Shown piece by piece: positions 10,676-21,845 of a stretch of 43,301 bases of DNA. How positions within the stretch are numbered: position 1 is the first letter of the stretch; each line of letters begins with the position of its first letter. The stretch is from assembly GCF_001194135.2 (NCBI RefSeq), contig NC_068990.1, positions 84,698,830 through 84,742,130 on the forward strand. The letters run 5' to 3'. The position numbers and the translations under genes were made by a program. The notes under the pieces are model-generated. The model was given only the letters and a program-made list of their open reading frames with translations, was not told where the DNA came from and did not search any database. Source of the stretch: Octopus bimaculoides. Taxonomy: Eukaryota.

Positions 10676-10712
10676 TCTTTGACGTTTCGAGCTACGCTCT
10701 TCAACAGAAAGA
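10676..10712 (-). ncRNA. minimal type I hammerhead-like motif (core variant CUGUUGA)
   Basis: UCUUU-CUGUUGA-A-GAGC(GUA)GCUC-GAAA-CG-UC^AAAGA: 5-bp stem I, 4-bp stem II, palindromic ACGU stem III, GUC triplet. A6 is replaced by U. Confidence 0.55.
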
Positions 10713-11121
10713 ATACGGAGACAAGGAGAAAAACACGGAGAAAAAAAATTGAATAGTGTCCAGTCAACGGTCAAATCCAAGAAAGTTAGGGGTTGTGAAT
10801 CCAACCCATTAAGGGATAATATATATCCAATATACTGCCGGAAGGATACCCAATTACTATTACACTAGTGTTTTTACCAAGTGCAATACATGGGTGCGGG
10901 TAAAAGGAAATTTTACCCTTAATTTATATAGCAATAAGAAAATGGAGGGGAATATGTGGTACTCATCAACTTGCAGACATTGTATTATGTCAATTTACCT
11001 GATTATTTTTCAACTAAGAGGAGAGGATAATAAAAACAATATACAAACACATATGACATATTATGTCATATCAGTAATAAAGAATTAAAAAGGACATCTA
11101 GTGACCGAAGAAGGGACAATG

Positions 11122-11251
11122 TCTTACAGCTGTTTCGGTCTAGTAGTGACATGCCTCATTCTATCTATATAACTCCAGTAAGCTGGAGTAATTGATAGAT
11201 GAAATGGATGGAATAGAGGTACATGTATGATTCTCTAAGCCTCTTCAGAGA
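11122..11251 (-). ncRNA. type I hammerhead ribozyme motif with an extended stem II
   Basis: UCU-CUGAAGA (11248-11242), GG...CC-closed long hairpin, GAAA (11136-11133), C-AGCU-G, GUA^ (site between 11125 and 11124), then AGA. The conserved core residues are all present. Confidence 0.65.
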
Positions 11252-12208
11252 TTTACAAAGTTCATGAAGTTAATTTACAATATATAAATATAAGCATTAA
11301 AAACATATAAAAATCATAAAAACTCACATATATATATGCATATGTATTCATACTTTGACATATATAGATTACATAAATAAATAAGCATAAATACATCTAT
11401 TTATGTTCTTATTACTCCGCATCGTATCTTTTAAAAACTTATTGGGAAACATGAAAGTCTTAAAAAGATAAAACTACAGCATAATCATGTGTGTTTTCAA
11501 TGTTAAAAAATAATAATCAAATAATAGTAAAACATGAAAAAAATACTAGTTCTAAAACCTCGCTAAGAAGACCTAAGTTAAATAACTAGTAAGTCAATGG
11601 TATGAATTTAGATAATTCAATCCCGATTTCCCTGAATTATAAACGAAAAACTGTTAAACCGTTGGAGAAAGAGAGAGAGGTGTGTGTGTATGTGTTTGCC
11701 TCTCTGTGTGTCTGCGTGTGTAATAAACGCAAATATTCAATGAGAGTGTCGTTGTTATTTTAATGTCTTATAGTAGCTACGACAACCTCAGTAAATCATA
11801 AGTTCGTGATATTAACGGCAATTTAACCAAGAAAAAACACTTATTTATAAATCTTTTTTCTCCCTATCATTAATATAGAACACGTACAATTATTTTCAAG
11901 ACCTTTCAATTCTAAGGTCTTCTCTCTAGTCATGCTTCGAGATCAATGTAAGAATATATATACATTCACTTACATATTTAAGTATACAGATCGTGAAATA
12001 AAAGTAAATTAAAAAATTACTCAGATATTTGTTGCCAATTATCCCTCATACCAGATAATCCTATGTACATTCATAGAAAAGTGAACGTATAATTTCGTAC
12101 ATTATGTCCAGGGCAAGGTAAAAGAGCAGGACATTAAATCGAAGATTTTGTATTTGGTTTTGTATTTTTGCCAATTATCTTTGCTTTTATTTCATTTGCT
12201 ATATGTAC

Positions 12209-12363
12209 AGGCGCAGGAGTGGCTACGTAGTAAGTAACTTGCTTACCAGCCTCATGGTTCCGGGTTCAATCCCACTGCGTGGCACTTTGGGCAAGCATCT
12301 TCTACTATAGCCTTGTGAGTCGATTTGGTAGACGGAAACTGAAAGAAGCCCGTCGTATATATG

Positions 12364-12407
<44 letters not shown>

Positions 12408-12596
12408 CGTTCCCCCTAACATCGCTTGACAACCGATGTTGGTGTGTTTACGTCCCCGTAACTTAGCGGTTCGGCAAAAGCGACCGATATAATAAGTGCT
12501 CGGCTTACAAAGAATAAGTTTTGGGGTCGATTTGCTCGACTAAAGGCGGTGCTCCAGCATGGCCGCAGTCAAATGACTGAAACAAGTAAAAGAGTA
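12209..12596 (+). mobile_element. full-length tRNA-derived SINE (family A) with internal (TA)/(TG) microsatellite
   Basis: Head aggcgcaggagtggct...ggttccgggttcaatccc (A/B-box-like), tail aaatgactgaaacaagtaaaagagta. Near-identical inverted copy at 36184-36603. Confidence 0.88.
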
Positions 12597-13311
12597 TGTA
12601 CGTATGTATGTAGATACGTACGTGTGTGTGTGTTTGTTCCCTCACTATTGCTTGTATCAGGCTTTTAAAAAAAATTAGTATTGGGTGGATTTTTTTTAAA
12701 ATTAGTATTGGGGTGGATTTGTTCAACTAAATCCTTCAAAGCAGTGCCCGAGCATGAAGGAAGTAAAAAAGTAAAGAGAAGCAATATTGGCGGGAATGTG
12801 AGTACCACCAAACTAGTTGTATTGAAAAATGTCAGGTAGATGACAGTTTTGAATAGAAATAGCTTGTTAAAATAAACCGAGGAATTTAGAAAAAAAAGAT
12901 AATTATTGGTAATGGTGTGCTATTTTTCTTTTGTGTATTTATTATCTTCTAACTGGTACTTGTCTTGTGTCTTTTCGTGTTAAACCTTGTCTTATCTCCA
13001 AGTTTTCGTTTCTCATTTAGTATATTAAATATGACATGATGAATAGAAAAGACATAGTGGGGAAAAAAACTTACATTTCATTTAAATACCGAATGCAGTT
13101 CATATAGAAATATTATTTTAGGTCACGAATTAACTAACAATACTATGACTTGTGCACAATGACAAGCATTACATGTATAGGACCAAAATACATACAATCA
13201 CGTTTTATTTATCTTAAAACAATGAAACATAAAAAGCCCCCATTAACTCAGTCATTATGAAGTTATGTATGTATACATACATGCCACGCACGCATGCATA
13301 TATACACCGTC

Positions 13312-13551
13312 ATCATCCTCGTCGTCATCATGATCATCATAATCATCATTTAACATCTGTTTCCCATGCTGGCATGGGTAGGACAGCTTGACAGCAACTG
13401 GCAAGTCAGAAGACTGCACTCTGCTCTTCTTTCTGTTTTAGCGTGATTTTCTATGGCTAGAGTGCACTGAGTGCTTTTAGCATGGCACTGACCCCAATGA
13501 GGTCACCAAGTAACTTGCAGAACAAGACCCCTCAACTGGGGGAAGTAATAG
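13312..13551. mobile_element. degenerate interspersed repeat (family D, (CAT)n-headed)
   Basis: catcatcatttaacatctgtttcccatgctggcatgggtaggac... resembles 34311-34458. Continues after the SINE at 13807. Confidence 0.55.
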
Positions 13552-13564
13552 TGAAGGACAGGAA

Positions 13565-13793
13565 GGCGGCGAGCTGGCAGAATCGTTAAAACGCCGGGCG
13601 AAATGCTTAGTGGTATTTCGTCCGTCTTAACGTTCAAATTCTGCCGAGGTCGACTTTGCCTTTCATCCTTTCGGGATCGATTAAATAAGTACCAGTTACG
13701 CACTGGGGTCGATGTAATCGACTTAATCCCTTTGTCTGTCCTTGTTTGTCCCCTCTATGTTTAGCCCCCTGTGGGCAATAAAGAAATAAATAT
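13565..13793 (+). mobile_element. full-length SINE (family B) with a 13-bp TSD
   Basis: TGAAGGACAGGAA (13552-13564) and TGAGGGACAGGAA (13794-13806) flank it. Homologous to 657-848 and 30937-31553. Confidence 0.85.
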
Positions 13794-15278
13794 TGAGGGA
13801 CAGGAAAGGTGTCTTACATTAGAAGAGAAACATGGCTACCTCAAATGGGGAGAGTTGAGAAAGATGGTGAAAATGTGATGAGGAGGGGGCAGGGGCTATA
13901 CACTCAAGTTACAGAGAGGTGTATATTGTGAGGTGAAGGGGGATTGGAGAGGGTGGGTGGGTGAATTCAGAAGATTTTGAAAGGAGAGTGGGGAGGTAGA
14001 TGTAGGAGGATGTAGTGAGTGTCTAAAAGCGTTTCGTTACACAATGACGTGAAACTGTAAATGTGGATCGACGAATTCTTCGAGTAAGACCCGGTGATTT
14101 CTTCTATCAAGGCTTTGACAAGCTAGTTAGCAAAAGGTTGTAAACTATGAAAGAGAATATATTATTGACTGATTTGTTAAATCTGTTCATGAAAAAAAAA
14201 AAAGGGATTAAAATAAAAGGGAAAGAACGAACGAATTTATCTGAGCCCAATATATAAAATAGAAAAAAGAATTCGGAGAATCAAACGAGACTCATGGCAA
14301 GCGCTCCAACTAGGGAACTAGGTATCACGTAATACAATGATTAAATTTAGGATGTAATTTAATGTGATTACGAACCTAAAAACCCAGGAGACACAGTGTG
14401 GAGCGTATGGTAATAATAATCGATAATGTAACGAAAAACGAATTATGAAATAGCTGTAACCAACGGAATTAAATTTTCTTTGCCTCTTTCTTACATTCAG
14501 TAGTGGAGATCTCAACATTTGTGATAATTAATTCAGTAGCTCTCCGACGTCTATTTGGCTAATAGGATACTCGGAAGGAATATCAATGATATTCTCAATC
14601 CATCGACTAGTCAATAGAACAAGCAAAGCAATATTAATTCGGTAAATGATATTAAGTACTTCGTAAATCTGATATTTACAGCTGCACATGTTGCTGTACA
14701 TGTAACGCAGTGTAAATATAATAAAAGACTATGAATAGAGTATAGTTTTTGTTCTAATAATACCATGCACGTTTCCATAGCATGTCTATTTATTTATTCA
14801 TAATGTGCTATATGATATGAAATTACATATTTTGAATTACATAACCAGACTATTTCTCCAAGGATTTTGAACAGATGACAGGTAAGATTTATCTACGAAC
14901 ATTTCAGTTCGAATTGAAATCTTCACAGGTAAATTTTACCTGTCACGTAACAACTGTCACCGAACAACTGAACGCTCATAGTTTCATTTATAATTCGTAC
15001 AAGTAGAGTGACTTTATCGAGCTCTGCAGTGTTTGTGTGAGAAATAGAATTTTTGAGTACATATACGACGCATATGAAGTTATCAGGTAGATCCCGAGGG
15101 ATTATCAAATATCATAAGATGAAATAAAAAGTTTACAAAATGGAAAATAAGGGATATCAAAATTCTGTATATATCAAGATCTAAGTAGCACACATCGCCT
15201 CTATTTCCATCCGTGATTGTTATGGTTTGTTTAGCCATGGGTGGATTGTATTAATGCCGTTAAGTTTGGGCTAGCATT

Positions 15279-15704
15279 TATTACCCTGCACGCATAAGCG
15301 AAAGCAGGGTATTGTAGTCGCTCGTCTTGGTCTATTTGTGTGTTTGCAAAATTACTGGAAAATGGCAGAACGGATTTTCACCAAAATTGGCAGAAATACT
15401 CATTGGATGAGCGGCTCGAACTCATTATTTTTGGTTTGATTATCTTCAAAACTGTTGGACGGGTGAATCAAAATGTTGCTTTTTTTTTCTTTGCTACATA
15501 TGCATAAACGATAAGCAGGTGAAATAACTCTCGGTGTCATTTTGTTGAAATATGAATTCGTCTGAGAATATATTTGTAACGATGATAATTTACTGTTATA
15601 ACGGCAAGTTGTAGGATGTGAAAGATGAACAATGCACGAAGTTTTAAGGAAATATTTATTTACCGTTACTTTACAATACCTTGTCTCGACGGGCAGGTTA
15701 TGAT
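15279..15704 (+). mobile_element. non-autonomous Helentron/DINE-1-like (HINE) element
   Basis: 5' hairpin TACCCTGC...GCAGGGTA (15282-15311). Subterminal inverted repeat ggtattgta (15308-15316) / tacaatacc (15672-15680). Core aacggattttcaccaaaattggcag. 3' imperfect hairpin. Lies in T-rich sequence. Confidence 0.7.
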
Positions 15705-17027
15705 AAATCCAAAAGCATGCGAAGTAAAAGTTTGTGTTTGTGTTCTCTTCATTGTTTAGTAGTAATTACAGAGAGAGATAAAATTATGTAAGAGAACAGA
15801 ATTAGAGCTAGTGAGAGTTGTAGAGTTGTGGGACGTTGTCTCACAGTTTCTGACAGTAAACTTCATTTCTCCTTCTGACCAAAGTTCTACCTGGTCAGCC
15901 AGACTTCGTTCTCACTGATTTATCACTGAAGTGACTAACTAGTTGAGTCGTCACCAAGTGACTGAGCTATCTTTTTGCTTTTATAACTCTCCAGAAGGAT
16001 AGACATATCGTTGAGAACAATGGGCTTCGTTGGTGGTTCTGTGATATCGTTATTCTACCTTTTGGTGAAGTAGAAGAGGTTATAAGGGTCAAGTGGCGAA
16101 GACATTATTTCGACCTAGCTAAAGGCAATCTGGCAAATGTAAAACTGCTGTTAGAGAAAAACCATTGTTCCACCGTGAGAAAAGTTCTGTTGAACTGTTA
16201 ATTTAAATTTGGCTATGGTGGATCGAATCCACTTCATGCCTGCAAGATGCACTACATATTTATTAAATTGAATTTGATTTTATCCTTGTGCGTGCGCAGG
16301 GTATGCATCGACCCTTCGGTGGTATTTTTTTTTTCCCATTTGTTTCTAGTTTGCTTAGGTTCGGCTTGGCTTGATTTGGAAGAAATAGTGCTCCTAAGGC
16401 CTTCGTTCTTCAAGACCAGAGTATTGAAGTCAGTTGTCGGATGCGAGACCTAGAATTGATTCAGGGATTTTTAGATCCTGAATCCAGTAAGCATAAAAAA
16501 AAACAACTAAAAGACATTATGTAATGGGGAAAGACTAGACCCTTTCATTTTGAATTCAAATCCTGTTATGGCCGATAAAATAAAATTCCAATCTTATATT
16601 GGATCAGTGTAATCGACTATTCCCTTCCAGCTAAATTTGCGTCCTTGTGTTTAAGTCAGAAATAAATACTATTTTAATCGATTCAGCAACTACGGGAAGC
16701 AACTCTGAACAGGTGTCAGTCATATTACACAGCTTCAGCGAAAAGTAAAAGACATTGTACCTGTCGAAAGAATGCTAAAAGAATCACTCAAGAATTAATG
16801 AACAAGGAACGCATTTTGTAAAATAAATCAAATTACTGAGAAAAATTATTCAGAAACATCATCTGCATAACATAACAATAGATAAGTTACGGCTGGTGTG
16901 TGTGAATATATGGCAACGGGATGTGGCAGGATTTGCCCTCTTGATATTTACCAGAAGTACAGTTGCTTACTGACCTGCTTGTTGCGGCTGTTGGTAAGAT
17001 GTCAGTCCGTGACTTCTGCAACAAACA

Positions 17028-17065
<38 letters not shown>

Positions 17066-18139
17066 CGCACGCATGCACACGCACACATACACGTATGTGT
17101 GTTTGTGTATGTATGCATCTATGCATGTATTTGTAAGCGTATATACGTACATTCATGTATATATGTATGTGTGTGTGTAAATATATATATATATCATAAT
17201 CAGCCTAAATTCAGTGTTTACCTTGGCCTTCTTATTGGATCAGCTTCCCTTTTCCTTGTCTCTGTTATATCATCAATGTGAACGCAGCGGATGTTTAAAA
17301 GAAGTTATTAACGTTACATATCCACCACCGCTACCTTTATAGTTACATCATGTTATATACTGTCGAACATTCAGAAACCACAGTTCTTCCAGTAATCATT
17401 TAGTTAAATATGGAAAAAAAAGAAGAGCAAAATAACCCCTTCGACTATTTCCTATCCACAGCCAGCCTTTTACGTCATTATACGTATTTACGTAGTATAC
17501 ATACACACATACACGCATGCATACATACATACATACATACATATGTAGCGAACATCTACAGCATAACTAAGCTAAGATTCGAAACCGAATCCACATTTTT
17601 CCACATTGTCAAACAAATCCTCGGTCTATTGTTCCAGCCTTTTGCACTCAGAGATTAATAGAAATATGCTGATCTTTTGATCTTTCCAAGAGTATTCTTC
17701 GGTCAATCCTGATTAAAGACAAATAATTCTATTGTTTTTAGCTCGACCTACTTATTCAACAAGTTATAAAAACACAAGCAAATAGCTATCTTTCTTCTTT
17801 TTTTTGACCAATGGTCTCTGAACAGACAGCAACCCTGTCAGTATGCTGACAAACGCATGCGAAGATGACCTCTTAATGTATAGTTCTGTCTTGATTGTTT
17901 TTCTCTGTCTTTCTCAAATCATCTTCAACATTGTAACAACACAATAATCAATCTTAACACAATAATCAATCTTAATAAATGACCGTATTGATAAGCAAAC
18001 AAAATAATATTGTTCTTTCATTCATTTCTCTGACACAAATTTCGTCATTCAAATTTCTTAGATATATTAGAACTGAAGATAGATTAATATATTGTGTTGA
18101 GATATTTTTTCAGACGAGACTTTTATTAACTTCAAAATT

Positions 18140-18325
18140 TTATTATCCTTCAAAGTAGGACCCTCTGACTTCAGTGCACTTGTAGCGCTCAAGCCACTTC
18201 GTGAAAACTCCATGAAGATCCTCCAAAGTAAAGGTGTGTTGGGCCCTCATCACAGTTTCCTCCATATTCTCAATATCTTCAAAACGACTGCCCCTGAGGT
18301 TTTCATTCAGCTTGGGAAACAATCA
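18140..18325 (-). pseudogene. mariner transposase 3' fragment (second family)
   Basis: LFPKLNENLRGSRFEDIENMEETVMRAQHTFTLEDLHGVFTKWLERYKCTEVRGSYFEG**, matching the mariner C-terminal W..R..KC....G.YFE pattern. Confidence 0.8.
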
Positions 18326-18327
18326 AG

Positions 18328-18696
18328 GCCAGACCACACATCGCAAAAATGACATTGACGAAACTACAGGAGTTGGAGTTGGAAGTTCTCCATCATCCAC
18401 CATACTCACCTGATCTTGCCCCCCCCCCACTCATTACCACTTCTTCCTGAATTAGGATAACTTTTTGATAGGAAAAAAACTTAATTCCGACGATGCTGTA
18501 AAACAGGCCTTCCAAGATTTTATTGACTCTAGATTGCCAGGCTTTTACAGTTCTGGGCTAGACAAGCTACTGCTGAAATGGTAAAAGTATATTGACAATA
18601 TGGGTGCATACTTCGATGAATAAAACTATTCCTTGTATTTATAAAACATTAGCAAACATTTTTTTCTTTTCTACAAACTTCATACTTGACGACCTA
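18328..18696 (+). pseudogene. mariner transposase 3' fragment (Hsmar1-like) with probable 3' TIR
   Basis: ARPHIAKMTLTKLQELELEVLHHPPYSPDLAP...DNFLIGKK...KW*KYIDNMGAYFDE*. Ends ...catacttgacgaccta. Confidence 0.85.
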
Positions 18697-21600
18697 ATTT
18701 TATTCTTGACTCTAATGGAGGGAGGATCAGTTTCNNNNNNNNNNNNNNNNNNNNNNNNNNNNNNNNNNNNNNNNNNNNNNNNNNNNNNNNNNNNNNNNNN
18801 NNNNNNNNNNNNNNNNNNNNNNNNNNNNNNNNNNNNNNNNNNNNNNNNNNNNNNNNNNNNNNNNNNNNNNNNNNNNNNNNNNNNNNNNNNNNNNNNNNNN
18901 NNNNNNNNNNNNNNNNNNNNNNNNNNNNNNNNNNNNNNNNNNNCGAAGGGCGAAGGGAAAGTGTTGCTCTGTTATATGGACTGTTGGAAATATTGTTCGT
19001 CTGACGTCTCGTGTGTCAATGTGGTTCGTCTGAGTTCATTGTTTCATTGTTGTTGTTTTGAATGACTGTGGTAGTAAAATGTCATTGATATATATGGCGG
19101 ACATGACTCTTGTTTATTAACATCGAACTTTCGGTGAGTGCGTTCTTTGTATGTAATTGAATAATAAATGTAATAATTAAATTGTACAACTCGTTGCCTT
19201 TTCTCTGCGAGTCTCCCGAGAGGAATACAACATGCTCCTTGGTCATAGCTGACACAAAAGAGAAGCTTTCGGCCGCAAGAAAGACGATGCCACCTTTATC
19301 CTTTTTTCCTTACTAGTTAGCACCGTGCATTCCTTACTCTTTCCCTCCCTACTGGCAGATATCCACTTCTACACTATCAACTACCAACCAGCGAGCGAAC
19401 TTGCCACTGCCACTACAATTACTGCTGTATCTCCAACTACATGTCGGACAAGCGAATAGATATATGTAAATAGCATTTTGTCCTTCCTGGTGTTGATTTC
19501 TCGATGTTTACTAGTTACTCCGAGGTGGAGTCTTGCATGTCATTACATTTTGTTTTTAATAGGACATTTAAGGATCTCTGTTACGCACTAGTTTCATGAA
19601 ATGAAGTGAATAAATATCCCCTTGGACTAACCGCACGTTAGTCACACGTAAACATTCCTTAGAGGAACAAGTGCATATTCATGTCAACTTTGTTGAACTG
19701 AGGCAGAGTGCACAGTTCACAAACATAACGAATCACCACAGAATATGGTTGAAATCTTCACTATTAAATACCTAAATTCGTATCCACTCAACCATATTGC
19801 CTGTACAATATCCTAAATGCATTTCTTTTACCCATTCAACTCCTGGGTAGAAATATGAGATACTAGGCTCTCAACAACAACACTAGCCAATAACAACGCT
19901 ATTACTAACACCAATAATAACAGCATTAATCAATTACAACACCGCCGGAGCCACCGCCGCCACCAGGATCACTACTTTGAACAACAACGCCACTGCCTTC
20001 ACCGCTATCTCTACCATGAATAATAATAACGCCCCCACCAACATCAAAGCTACTACAATTATGTGAAATCTTACCTCTTAAATCAAAATAAATTGTACTT
20101 TATTGCGTTGTTGTTTTTTTTTTCTGACATATTTATGTTTGCTTTTCTGTTTCGTTAATTTCTACAATGCAGATAATGAGAGCATTTAGAAATATAATCT
20201 GTATTTATACTGCTATTTGTGATATAGGCGGAACTTAATATAGTAACATATATTCTGTGTGTGTGTGTGTGTGTGCACGTGCGTGCAGAGAGATAGAGAA
20301 ACAGACAGAGAGAGAGCGAGAAAGAGAGAGAAAACAAAGTTGATTTAATTTATGAACCAACTCTCCAGTTTTGTTTTTCCAATAATATACTCTGTGATTT
20401 TTCTAACTATGGAGATCAATGAAAGGAAATAACATACGAGTCTCTTCACAGGTTATCTCTTTCAATGTATAAAACTGCACATGGAATTGTAAATATCAGT
20501 TATAAGTCACGCAATTTAAATTGCATAATACAAACTAACGAAGGCGTCACGTTTATATGTGGTTGTTTATTGATATGCTGTGCTTCATTTGAGATATAGA
20601 CTGACTAACGTTCGATTCTCAGGTATCACCAAGTGTGTAATGGTTATAATTTGAAGACATCCATGGAATAAATGACAGAAAAAATAATAATTGTTGAAAT
20701 GTTCTTTATTTTACCGTTACAATATTAAAAAAAAATAGCTGCTTTGAGTCGTACAAAAATTAGTTGAATTTCCGTTGTCCATTTCGTTAATAATTGTGTT
20801 CATCTTTTGACTGCTAGAAGACGGAGGAAGAACGTGTTTGTGATGAGTGTATTTAAAAACCTGACTTTCGATATAAATTTAAAACGAAGTTCTCCCAGAA
20901 ATCCTGTCCTCTACCTGTTGTTTCTAGCATGTCCGTTTGCGCTCTCCTTCAATCATTTTTTTCCTAAATTTCTTGCGATTCCTATGTTTTCAATACAAGA
21001 GATTAGGATTTCGCCCAAGAAACACGTTCTCAATATTTTAATTTTCTCCTTCGCCATTCCAAATTCTTCATGTCTACTTTTTTCGAATTTTTTTTCTTGG
21101 TAATTCACGGATAAAAAAACAAAGAGTGCGAATCTTTAAGAATTTTCTTCTTTCTCTTTTCTTAAAGTCCTTCCCAAACACCCACCCATCACACCTCACC
21201 ACTTTCAAAAAGCTACAAACTCCCAATGTTTCATTTTTATTTTTTGGGAAAGCGCGGAAGTTTCTTCGGAAATAATGTCGTTTACCTATTGTTTCTAGCA
21301 TGTCGGGTTTTTTGGTGGTGCTCTAATATTTTTTACGTCTGCTATTTCAGTACAGTTCTACGCATGCGTGAAACATCAGACGAAAGTGAAACATTGGATG
21401 TTTTTAGCGTTTTGAAAGCGGGTAGGTAATGGGTTGGCGAGGTGGGGGAAGGGGCATTGAGTGTTTCTTTTAAAAAAAATTAAACTCTGAAAAAAAAAAT
21501 TCCCAGATTCATAATCTCTGTATTTTTCTACATGGATAAAAAAAATTCGTAAAAATGTTACAAATTAAGAAAATACGGTGAAGACCGGGGGGGGGGGATT

Positions 21601-21845
21601 ATAATTTTGAAAACGTGATTTCTGGGCAAAATTGTATTAACCCCTTTTATACGATGAAACCATACGTGGTTTGTGATCCTTCTTAAGAACAGAAAGCACT
21701 TTCATGCAAACCCATACAAATTGTACCCTTATCCCTTCACTTTTAAACAAACAACTTCCATTACGCCAGTAATCCAGTTCACTATATATCAGCTGTGCTG
21801 ATTCTGCCCGTAAGAAAAGAACAAATAATACATATGGCTAAATAT

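Larger units (their letters stand above)
10575..11640 (-). mobile_element. Penelope-like element terminal-repeat region (pLTR-like), non-coding
   Basis: Carries two minimal type I hammerhead-type motifs, a known hallmark of Penelope-like terminal repeats, next to (TA)n. No RT or GIY-YIG ORF recognised; right boundary uncertain. Confidence 0.45.

Noticed and set aside
12209-12290. tRNA genes at SINE heads (also 1672, 13565, 25910, 36540-36603)
   Set aside because: A/B-box-like motifs are present, but I could not build a cloverleaf, and each continues into SINE body sequence.
13870-14010. G-rich stretch as a functional G-quadruplex
   Set aside because: G-tracts are irregular, lie in decayed repeat sequence, and have no linked promoter or gene feature.
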